Below, piece after piece: positions 25,350 to 32,000 of a stretch of 32,000 bases of DNA. A model generated the notes under the pieces. It did no database searches. It was not told the DNA's origin and saw only the letters and a program-made list of their open reading frames with translations. A program made the translations under genes and the position numbers. The stretch is from Desulfobulbus propionicus DSM 2032. Its GTDB lineage: Bacteria; Desulfobacterota; Desulfobulbia; Desulfobulbales; Desulfobulbaceae. Positions within the stretch are counted from its first letter, which is position 1. Each line of letters opens with the position of its first letter. The stretch spans positions 1,380,001-1,412,000 of the forward strand of contig NC_014972.1 of the NCBI RefSeq assembly GCF_000186885.1. Direction: 5' to 3'.

Positions 25350-25952
25350 ATGAGCAAGATTTTCAGCATGGTAATGGTGGTCGCGTGTGTGGGTATCTTG
25401 GCAGCCTGTGCCAAGACGGAACAGCCTGTGGACAACCAGGCAAGCATGCAGGAGCAACAGGCATCTAATCTCGATGTGCAGCGTTCCAGTGTTCAGTCCA
25501 CCGTGGCCACGGTCGAGAGCGTAAATCTGAAGACCCGAATGGTCAAACTGCGCAGCCTTGAAGGGCGACCGTTCACCATCCATGTCGGCAAGGAGGCGGT
25601 TAACCTGCCCCAAGTCAAGGCGGGCGATAGGGTTGAGATTACCTATACCGAATCCCTGGAGGTCCGCATGGCCGAGCCCGGTGAGGTCATCGAGGAAAGC
25701 AGTACGGTCGTAGGGCGTGCGGTACCGGGTGCCAAGCCGGGAGGGTTCGGCATCACCGAGACCAACATCACCGCCGAGATCCTTGATCTGGATAAAGCCA
25801 ATGAAACCGCCACGCTGAAAATGGCCGACGGTTCTGTGGCCACGGTGAAGGTCCAGAATCCCGCCAACCTCGAAAAGGTCAAGGTCGGCGATACGATTGC
25901 CATCAAATATCTCGAAGCGCTTGAGATTACCGTGAAGGGCAAGAAGAAATAA
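25350..25952 (+). CDS. lipoprotein with two tandem ~56-aa repeats (small beta-rich, CusF/OB-like appearance); function unknown
   Basis: It has a lipobox (GILAAC) and RBS GGAGGA. Repeat 1 is V52-M107 (nt 25503-25670) and repeat 2 is I140-V195 (nt 25767-25934). Both end in NL(P/E)(Q/K)VK(A/V)GD(R/T)(V/I)(E/A)I(T/K)Y(T/L)E(S/A)LE(V/I). Confidence 0.75.
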   Translation: MSKIFSMVMVVACVGILAACAKTEQPVDNQASMQEQQASNLDVQRSSVQSTVATVESVNLKTRMVKLRSLEGRPFTIHVGKEAVNLPQVKAGDRVEITYTESLEVRMAEPGEVIEESSTVVGRAVPGAKPGGFGITETNITAEILDLDKANETATLKMADGSVATVKVQNPANLEKVKVGDTIAIKYLEALEITVKGKKK

Positions 25953-26033
25953 GACGATCGTCTGCCCGTCGGTGACCACCGCTTTTCGGCAGCAGCATAG
26001 AGACAACCACCTCGAAAAAGAAGGAGCCAAAGC

Positions 26034-26621
26034 ATGAAGACAGACTGGAAACAACCAAACAGACGGCGACTGACACAGGTCCTTGCCTTGGGCTGGATTG
26101 GAACGTTGCTGATGCTGGCCCTCCCGCAGATATCCCTGGCAGCCACCGCCGCCGAAATCAACCGTGATGTTGACATCGCCCTGAAGACCTTGTACCAGAC
26201 CACCCCCGCAGCCAAGAAAATGGCCGGTATCGCCAAAGGCATTCTTGTTTTTCCCGACATCATCAAGGGCGGTTTTATCATCGGCGGCCAGTACGGTGAG
26301 GGCGCGCTGCGCGTCGGCGGCAAGACCACCGGCTTTTATCGCACAATTGCCGCCTCGTACGGCTTGCAAGCCGGGGCGCAATCCTTTGGCTATGCCCTGT
26401 TTTTTCTCTCCGATGCGGACCTGAAGTATCTGAAGAGCAGCAAGGGCTGGGAGATCGGCATTGGTCCCACGGTCGTGGTCATGGATGAAGGCATGGCCCG
26501 GACGTTCTCCACCACCACTGCCAAGTCGGGCATCTATGCCTTTTTCTTTGATCAGCGAGGATTGATGGCCGGCCTGGGTATCCAAGGCAGCAAGATCACC
26601 CAGATTCAGCCGGATAAATAA
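26034..26621 (+). CDS. SYLF (Ysc84/DUF500) lipid-binding domain protein, exported
   Basis: The signal region contains an RRR motif (QPNRRRLTQVLALG...SLAA). 'AKGILVFPDIIKGGFIIGGQYGEGALRV...ASYGLQAGAQSFGYALFF' matches the SYLF core pattern. The RBS is GAAGGAG. Confidence 0.75.
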   Translation: MKTDWKQPNRRRLTQVLALGWIGTLLMLALPQISLAATAAEINRDVDIALKTLYQTTPAAKKMAGIAKGILVFPDIIKGGFIIGGQYGEGALRVGGKTTGFYRTIAASYGLQAGAQSFGYALFFLSDADLKYLKSSKGWEIGIGPTVVVMDEGMARTFSTTTAKSGIYAFFFDQRGLMAGLGIQGSKITQIQPDK

Positions 26622-26657
26622 CCGTGCCAATGCGGTCATGACATAGGGAGAGAAAGA

Positions 26658-27332
26658 ATGAAAACAACACGGACACTGATGATAGGGGCGCTTCTGCTGG
26701 TCTGCGGCATGCTCGTCGGTTGCGCCTCCACACCCAAGGAGACCCCTTCCGGTTTTCTGCAAAATTATCCGCAGTTCCAACCGGGCCCCAGCGACGGGGT
26801 TGATCAGCTCTACACCAAGCCCGGCATGGATTTGAGCAAGTATCGGCGGATCATGGTGGACGAGGCCCAGTTCTATCTGAAGAAGAGCGCGGCGGAGCAG
26901 GGCATCCAGGCCAGCGAGCTCAAGGAACTGTCCGACACCTTTCACCGCGCCATTTTCGAAGCGCTGGGCAATGCCTATCCGCTGGTCACCGAACCAGGTG
27001 CGGATGTGTTGCGCATTCGGTTGGCGGTGACGAACATCGAAACCAGCAATCCGGCGATGAGCGGCATCACCACGGTGCTGCCGGTGGGCTTGGCGATCAG
27101 CGTTGCCAAGAAAGCCACGACCGGCTCCTACACAGGGGTTGGCGGAGCCAGCATGGAGGTGGAATTTCTCGATTCCATGACCAATGAACGTCTGGCAGCC
27201 GCCATCGATACCTTCGACGGTTCGAAGATGAGCGGGTTCAGCAAGTTGGGGGCCACCAAGGAGGCCTTTGCATTCTGGGCCAAGCGGTTACGGGTTACCC
27301 TGGATAAGGCGCACGGCAAGGTGGAGGAATAA
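26658..27332 (+). CDS. DUF3313-family lipoprotein
   Basis: It has a lipobox (MLVGC). 'SGFLQNYPQFQPG...LSKYRRIMVDEAQFYL...VLRIRLAVTNIE' follows the DUF3313 pattern as I recall it. The RBS is GGGAGAG. Confidence 0.65.
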   Translation: MKTTRTLMIGALLLVCGMLVGCASTPKETPSGFLQNYPQFQPGPSDGVDQLYTKPGMDLSKYRRIMVDEAQFYLKKSAAEQGIQASELKELSDTFHRAIFEALGNAYPLVTEPGADVLRIRLAVTNIETSNPAMSGITTVLPVGLAISVAKKATTGSYTGVGGASMEVEFLDSMTNERLAAAIDTFDGSKMSGFSKLGATKEAFAFWAKRLRVTLDKAHGKVEE

Positions 27333-27426
27333 CGAGCACCTCACAACACCGAGAAGAGCCGGAATGCAACCAGTGGGTTGGCGGTATCGGCATCGGTTAC
27401 GCCTGCTGGCCAACACTGCTTCGAAA

Positions 27427-27481
27427 AGAGAAGAGGTATGGTCGGTTTGGGATCGCCTCTCCGCAGTCATGTCTCTTCTCT
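27427..27481. repeat. perfect 9-bp inverted repeat AGAGAAGAG / CTCTTCTCT with a 37-nt spacer in the pqi leader region
   Basis: Read directly from the sequence. The arms are at 27427-27435 and 27473-27481. Confidence 0.6.
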
Positions 27482-27516
27482 CCCCCCGGTTGCTTGTCCT
27501 TGTTGCGGTGGGGAAT

Positions 27517-27537
27517 GATCTGGTCTTGGACCAGATC
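27517..27537. repeat. perfect 21-bp palindrome GATCTGGTC-TTG-GACCAGATC (possible operator or stem-loop), immediately followed by GGCCGGCC
   Basis: Read directly from the sequence. The arms are at 27517-27525 and 27529-27537. No U-tract follows, so it is not an intrinsic terminator. It lies about 95 nt upstream of the pqiA start. Confidence 0.6.
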
Positions 27538-27631
27538 GGCCGGCCACAACGAACAAAGAAAGGCCGGTACTCCGGCATGGTATCATTATCGCGATCCACA
27601 CTTATAGAAAGCAAAACAAGAAAAACATGTC

Positions 27632-28255
27632 ATGCCCATCGACCAACCGCCGCCCACAGTGATCGCCTGCCCCGATTGTGACCTGCTCAATCGGCTGCCT
27701 GCGGAGGCAACAACCGTCACCCTGCTGTGCGGTCGTTGCGGTGCGGTGCTCGCCCGTCACAAACCCGACAGCATCGAACGTTCCCTGGCCCTGACCCTGA
27801 CAGCGCTGATCCTGTTCGTTGTCTCCAACAGTTTTCCGTTCCTGGCCATGAAGACCGGCGGCTTTGTCCAGGAAACCACCCTGTTGACCGGCATCCGGGA
27901 ACTCTGGAAACAGGACATGCAGGGGCTCTCCTGCCTGGTGTTGCTCACCTGTGTGCTGGTGCCGGGCCTGCAGATGATCGGTCTCCTGTACATCCTGGCG
28001 CCGCTCCAATGGGGGCGTCGACCGGCTGCCCATGCGGCCCGCGTCTTTCGCCTGGTCCAGGAGGTCGCTCCCTGGGGCATGATGGAGGTGTTCATGATGG
28101 GGATCCTGGTCGCCCTGGTCAAACTCGGCCACATGGCGACCATCGTGCCCGGGGTCTCGGTCTTTTCCTTTGGCGGTCTGATCTTTGTCATGGCCGCCGC
28201 CTTCTCCACCCTGGATCCACCCCTGTTATGGCAACGCCTGGACCTGCGCCGATGA
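27632..28255 (+). CDS. pqiA: PqiA-family integral membrane protein (first half-size copy)
   Basis: It has a zinc-ribbon-like N-terminus (CPDCDLL...LLCGRCGAVL) followed by about 4 TM helices, with 'GMMEVFMMGILVALVKLG' typical of PqiA repeats. Confidence 0.85.
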   Translation: MPIDQPPPTVIACPDCDLLNRLPAEATTVTLLCGRCGAVLARHKPDSIERSLALTLTALILFVVSNSFPFLAMKTGGFVQETTLLTGIRELWKQDMQGLSCLVLLTCVLVPGLQMIGLLYILAPLQWGRRPAAHAARVFRLVQEVAPWGMMEVFMMGILVALVKLGHMATIVPGVSVFSFGGLIFVMAAAFSTLDPPLLWQRLDLRR

Positions 28256-28869
28256 GTGGAGTCACTGCCCGCGAGCAGGGGTTGATCAACTGCCACGACT
28301 GCCATCTGCTGGTGGAGATGGCCCAGGACCATCACCAGTGCCCGCGCTGCGGCGCCCATCTCCATCAGCGCAAACCCAACAGTCTGGCGCGGACCTGGGC
28401 CCTGGTGTGCGCGGCCCTCATCCTGATCATTCCGGCCAACGTCCTGCCCATCACCGTCACCACCTCGCTCGGCGCCAAACAGGCGGACACCATCATGAGT
28501 GGCGTGATCTATTTCATGCAGACCGGTTCCTGGGAGATCGCGGCCGTAATCTTTGTTGCCAGCGTCTTTGTGCCGGCCGCCAAGTTGCTGATTCTGATCT
28601 TTCTGCTGGTCAGCGTCCGCTGGCGCTGGCGTTGGCGACCCAAGGACCGGACCACCCTGTATCGTCTGACCGAGTTGGTCGGCCGCTGGTCCATGGTCGA
28701 CATCTATGTGGTGACCATCCTGGTCGCCCTGGTCAAGCTCGGCGCGGTGGCAGCTATTGAGGCCGGACCGGCTGCCGTCTATTTTGCCGCGGTGGTGGTG
28801 GTCACCATGTTCGCCGCGGAAAGTTTCGACCCCCGTCTCATCTGGGATGTCATCGAGGAGGATGTATGA
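28252..28869 (+). CDS. pqiA: PqiA-family integral membrane protein (second half-size copy)
   Basis: Track ORF 27727..28869 trimmed to ATG 28252, which forms an ATGA overlap with the first copy. The upstream 175 codons are an out-of-frame shadow. The protein has 'CHDCHLL...HQCPRCGAHL' and 'WSMVDIYVVTILVALVKLG'. Confidence 0.85.
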   Translation: MSGVTAREQGLINCHDCHLLVEMAQDHHQCPRCGAHLHQRKPNSLARTWALVCAALILIIPANVLPITVTTSLGAKQADTIMSGVIYFMQTGSWEIAAVIFVASVFVPAAKLLILIFLLVSVRWRWRWRPKDRTTLYRLTELVGRWSMVDIYVVTILVALVKLGAVAAIEAGPAAVYFAAVVVVTMFAAESFDPRLIWDVIEEDV

Positions 28870-30497
28870 CCGACCAATCGTCCCTGGAACCGCATGCTGT
28901 ACCGGCCGCGGTCCAGGCCAGGCGCCGTTTTTCCATTGTTTGGATCGTGCCGCTGGTGGCGCTGGTGATCGGCGGCTGGCTGGCCTTCAAGGCCATCAGC
29001 GAAAAAGGACCGACCATCACCATCACCTTTGCTTCCGCCGATGGCCTGGAGGCGGGCAAGACCAAGATCAAGTTCAAGGACGTGGAGATCGGCCAAGTCG
29101 AGACCATCGCGCTTAGCGAGGATGTGTCCAAGGTGGTGGTCACGGCCAAGATGATCAAGGGGAGTGAACCCTATCTGACCGATCAGACCAAGTTTTGGGT
29201 GGTTCGTCCACGGATCAGCGGCGGCTCGGTCTCCGGCCTGGGCACGGTCCTTTCCGGGGCCTATATCGGCATCGACGGCAGCAAGGCAGGCACGCCGACC
29301 CGCCATTTCACCGGCTTGGAGGTCCCGCCGGTGGTGACCGTGGGCCAACCGGGACGGCATTTCGTCCTTCAGGCAGATACGCTCGGTTCCCTCGATATCG
29401 GCTCGCCGGTCTACTACCGGCAGATCCAAGTGGGGCAGGTGGTCAGCTACACGCTCAAGCCGGACGGCAAATCGGTGGAGATCAAGATCTTTGTCCAAGC
29501 ACCGCATCACACCCAGGTCACAAACAACACCCGGTTTTGGAACGCCAGCGGTTTTGATCTCACCCTCAATGCCCAGGGGCTCAAGGTCGATACCCAGTCG
29601 ATGGTCTCCATTCTTACCGGCGGTATTGCCTTTGATCTGCCCAAGGAGACCCAGCCAGGGGAGGAGGCCCAGGAAAATTCCAGTTTTTTCCTTTATGCCG
29701 ACCGCAATGCCATCCAGGAAAAGAAGTACACCATCCGCAACTACTATGTGCTGTTGTTCGACGAGTCGGTGCGCGGTCTCAGTGTCGGTGCACCGGTGGA
29801 GCTGTATGGCATCAAGCTGGGCGAGGTGGTCGACCTGAAACTGGAATTCGACCTCGACAGCAAGAAATTCTTTGTCCCGGTGATCGTGGCCATGGAACCG
29901 GAACGAATCAGTGCCGCCAAGAAAGAGGAGGCGCTGAAAATTGCCGAACACGATCCCGGGACCTTTCTCAAGGCATTGGTTGAACAACAGGGATTACGCG
30001 CCCAGCTGCAGAGCGGCAATCTGCTCACCGGCCAGCTGATGGTCAATCTGGTTTTTGTATCGGATGCTCCCAAGGCCAGCCTCTCCGATTGGAACGGATT
30101 CAAGGCCATCCCGACCATTCCCGGTTCCTTTGAACGGTTACAGGAGAGTTTGGGCAAAATCACGGCCAGCCTGGAAAAGGTCAAATTCGACCAGATCGGC
30201 GGTGAACTCCAACAGACCCTGCAAGAAACCAGAACGACAGTTGCCGAGATGGGCGGATTTGCCAAGCAGCTGAACAAGGAAACCACGCCCAAACTGCAGG
30301 AGACGCTGGTTGAACTGCAGAAAACCCTGGTAGAGGTGCAGCAGGGCATGGGCAAGGATTCGCCCTTGAACTACAACACCACCAAGACCCTGGAAGAGTT
30401 GTCCATGACCCTGCGCGCCCTGCGGGAACTCGCCAACACCCTGGATAACCAGCCCCAATCGATTCTTTATGGCAAGGAGAAGCAAGCAGATGAATAG
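28866..30497 (+). CDS. pqiB: PqiB-type multi-MCE-domain intermembrane lipid transport protein
   Basis: It has an N-terminal TM anchor (FSIVWIVPLVALVIGGWLAF). Three MCE-like modules follow (…GLEAGKTKIKFKDVEIGQV…, …LDIGSPVYYRQIQVGQV…, …LSVGAPVELYGIKLGEV…), then a long C-terminal helical region. An ATGA overlap links it to pqiA-2, and the RBS is GAGGAGGA. Confidence 0.9.
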   Translation: MTDQSSLEPHAVPAAVQARRRFSIVWIVPLVALVIGGWLAFKAISEKGPTITITFASADGLEAGKTKIKFKDVEIGQVETIALSEDVSKVVVTAKMIKGSEPYLTDQTKFWVVRPRISGGSVSGLGTVLSGAYIGIDGSKAGTPTRHFTGLEVPPVVTVGQPGRHFVLQADTLGSLDIGSPVYYRQIQVGQVVSYTLKPDGKSVEIKIFVQAPHHTQVTNNTRFWNASGFDLTLNAQGLKVDTQSMVSILTGGIAFDLPKETQPGEEAQENSSFFLYADRNAIQEKKYTIRNYYVLLFDESVRGLSVGAPVELYGIKLGEVVDLKLEFDLDSKKFFVPVIVAMEPERISAAKKEEALKIAEHDPGTFLKALVEQQGLRAQLQSGNLLTGQLMVNLVFVSDAPKASLSDWNGFKAIPTIPGSFERLQESLGKITASLEKVKFDQIGGELQQTLQETRTTVAEMGGFAKQLNKETTPKLQETLVELQKTLVEVQQGMGKDSPLNYNTTKTLEELSMTLRALRELANTLDNQPQSILYGKEKQADE

Positions 30498-31089
30498 ATC
30501 TCTCATCCTTCTCGGACTGGCGGCGTTCGGTTTATTCCTGGGTTCCCTCACCGGCTGCAGCCCGGTTTCCCCCCAGGTCAGCTACTACAGTCTGCTCGAT
30601 ACCCAACGGCCGCCCAGCGTCGCCGGTGCACGGCAGTCGTTGGCCATTCTTGTCGGCCCGGTTTCGGTGCCTGACCTGTTGAAAACGTCGCAAATCGCCA
30701 CCGGAACGGCAGAGCGGTACCAACTCGCCGAGCAGCATCGATGGGTGAGCCAGGTTGACCGCGATTTTGCCCGTGCTATCGGCGAGCAGTTGGCCTCCAG
30801 GCTGGGCACTGAACGAATCGCCCTCTATCCGCAGGATCAGTACCTGGCGGCACCCCTGCAGGTTGTAGTTGATATTCTGGCCATGGAAGGGACTTTGGGC
30901 CAGGAGGCCAGATTGACGGTCCGTTGGTCGCTGGTCGCCACCAAGAGCAAAACAGCGCGGCTGACACGTCGCTCCACCTTCAGCGAACGACCGGCCGACA
31001 GCAGCCATGGCGCTTGGGTTGCAGCCCAGCGGCGCAATATCAGTCGGTTGAGCGAGGAAATTGCCGCCGCGATCACGTCGCAGCATTAA
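30490..31089 (+). CDS. pqiC: PqiC/YmbA-type lipoprotein (ABC-type transport auxiliary component family)
   Basis: Track ORF trimmed to ATG 30490 (MNRSLILLGLAAFGLFLGSLTGC, which contains the lipobox). 'YYSL...', '...HRWVSQVDRDFARAIGEQLASRLG' and 'VVDILAMEG' are typical of the family. It overlaps pqiB by 8 nt. Confidence 0.8.
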   Translation: MNRSLILLGLAAFGLFLGSLTGCSPVSPQVSYYSLLDTQRPPSVAGARQSLAILVGPVSVPDLLKTSQIATGTAERYQLAEQHRWVSQVDRDFARAIGEQLASRLGTERIALYPQDQYLAAPLQVVVDILAMEGTLGQEARLTVRWSLVATKSKTARLTRRSTFSERPADSSHGAWVAAQRRNISRLSEEIAAAITSQH

Positions 31090-31380
31090 TCTTCGCCGGG
31101 ATGGTCAATGTCGCCTCGCTGCGGGAACTCCATGCCGCCAGCCGTCGTGAGCTGACCTTTTCCCTGGTGACCACGGTCGGCGTTCTTTACTTTGATGTCC
31201 TGCCCGGAGTGGCGTTGGCCATCGGCATGACCCTGCTGTGGATGCTTACACCGCAAGCCAGCCCCATGTGGCCGTGCTGGGACGAGTTCCGGGGATGAGC
31301 GGTTTTCTGCGCAATCGGGGGAGAGCGGTCGATCAACGGATCCAACGTAACCCAGGCAGTGCTTCTGCCTGCATCCCTTT
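31086..31380 (+). pseudogene. fragment of a SulP-family anion transporter gene (end of the TM domain and linker), frameshifted and truncated at both ends
   Basis: The frame of ORF 30924..31298 reads 'LIFAGMVNVASLRELHAASRRELTFSLVTTVGVLYFDVLPGVALAIGMTLLWML', which is the SulP last-TM and linker pattern. After a frame change near 31265 it continues 'AVLGRVPGMSGF...' (SulP 'vLGrvPG'). There is no upstream TM core and no STAS domain. The homology begins right at the pqiC stop codon. Confidence 0.5.
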
Positions 31381-31392
31381 GACAGGTGCAAC

Positions 31393-32000
31393 ATGAACGA
31401 ACAACACCAACAGTCGCGCATCGGTGCATGGATGGGCAGTCTCTGGCAACGTCTTCAACCCCGGGCAACAGGCGAGGATCCCCTTGTCCAGGCCATGGAT
31501 CGGCTGGTGCAGGTCGCCGATCCGGTTATTCGTCAGTCCAAGGGATATCGACGGGTACTGGCTGGCCCGGTTGCTGGTTCAATGAAGTATTTCCAGTCAT
31601 TGCTGGAAACCATTCCTGGTCCGGTCATTCTTGATCGCAGTCGGTATTATGACGACCCCACCGTCAAGGCCCTGTTTGCCTCACCCGAAGAGCTCGACGA
31701 GCTGTTGCGCTACAACCCAGAGATCAACAAGCTACGCAAGCAAGGTCTGAGCGGCGAGATGGTGGCGATGATGACCATGTTGCAGCAGGAGCGCACCATC
31801 TTCGGTCATAAGCAGGAAGGAGAATTGCTCCTACGCGATGTGCGGCAGCAAGCGGTGAGTTTTACCGATCATCGTATTGTCGCGCCGTCTCTTGATCTCC
31901 AGACGACCAGGAATGGCATTGTTAACCGGGGGTTGGAGGTGTTGGCCACGGTTGCCATGGAGCGGATCACCTCGCTACGGGCAAACAAGGCCGAATTGCA
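31393..32000 (+). CDS. hypothetical protein, 5' part (open to the right window edge)
   Basis: Not in the ORF track because it has no stop in the window. Hand translation from ATG 31393 gives MNEQHQQSRIGAWMGSLWQRLQPRATGEDPLVQAMDRLVQVADPVIRQSKGYRRVLAGPVAGSMKYFQSLLETIPGPVILDRSRYYDDPTVKALFASPEELDELLRYNPEINKLRKQGLSGEMVAMMTMLQQERTIFGHKQEGELLLRDVRQQAVSFTDHRIV... The composition looks coding, and I recognise no family. Confidence 0.55.
   Translation, partial: MNEQHQQSRIGAWMGSLWQRLQPRATGEDPLVQAMDRLVQVADPVIRQSKGYRRVLAGPVAGSMKYFQSLLETIPGPVILDRSRYYDDPTVKALFASPEELDELLRYNPEINKLRKQGLSGEMVAMMTMLQQERTIFGHKQEGELLLRDVRQQAVSFTDHRIVAPSLDLQTTRNGIVNRGLEVLATVAMERITSLRANKAEL

Noticed and set aside
24420-26945. 286-aa and 536-aa minus-strand ORFs spanning the OMF 3' end, the duplicated lipoprotein and the SYLF gene
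   Set aside because: They cross three well-supported + strand genes and their intergenic regions. There is no motif and the composition is of the shadow type.
27727-28251. N-terminal 175 codons of the 380-aa ORF 27727..28869
   Set aside because: This part is out of frame over the first pqiA copy and is Pro/Gly/Arg-rich. The PqiA-like sequence begins at ATG 28252, which forms an ATGA junction with the first copy.
28618-28638. Near-tandem hexamer (CGCTGG CGCTGG CGTTGG) encoding RWRWRW in the second pqiA copy
   Set aside because: It is short, in frame and consistent with a positively charged cytoplasmic loop after a TM helix. There is no evidence of variability or function beyond coding.
28779-29987. 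402-aa minus-strand ORF over pqiB
   Set aside because: It is an antisense shadow of a gene with clear MCE-domain repeats.
1-32000. Search by eye for CRISPR arrays, tRNA/rRNA genes, IS elements, integrases, and toxin-antitoxin or known defence genes
   Set aside because: I found none. There are no regularly spaced repeats, no cloverleaf-like or rRNA-like segments in the intergenic regions, and no transposase-, integrase-, nuclease- or helicase-like ORFs apart from the decayed PIN-PhoH remnant.

Overview
High-GC chromosomal window from a diderm (outer-membrane-bearing) bacterium. By eye I found no rRNA, tRNA, CRISPR array, IS element or integrase. About 27 coding regions are credible, and most long ORFs on the opposite strand are stop-poor antisense shadows typical of GC-rich DNA. 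The window falls into four blocks. (1) 1-3855: the 5' part of a PlsC-type (probably OlsF-like) acyltransferase, a degenerate EEP-like protein, a DUF1045 protein, a collapsed PIN-PhoH remnant and a secreted hypothetical. (2) 3845-14097, all on the minus strand: EAL-CBS-GGDEF protein, then an ATGA-coupled chemoreceptor, then an unassignable 785-aa protein, then a phosphatidylserine-decarboxylase-type protein, an Lgt-family membrane protein, an LpxH-family metallophosphoesterase and a GT4 glycosyltransferase. (3) 14098-18326: a 580-bp AT-rich gap followed by a lower-GC copper module (small His-tailed secreted protein, TolC-like lipoprotein, Tat-exported multicopper oxidase, CusF-like protein). 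(4) 18717-31089: a chimeric gene remnant, a complete RND tripartite efflux operon, three envelope (lipo)proteins and a pqiABC-type lipid-transport operon with pqiA split in two. A SulP transporter fragment and an orphan ORF running off the right edge follow. The best candidate for something undescribed is the minus-strand polar-lipid cluster headed by the 785-aa orphan protein (3845-10278). Secondary points are three decayed gene remnants at module junctions, a pump-less outer-membrane-factor/multicopper-oxidase copper module of deviating composition, and an internally duplicated lipoprotein. All functional calls rest on motif recognition by eye, not on database searches.
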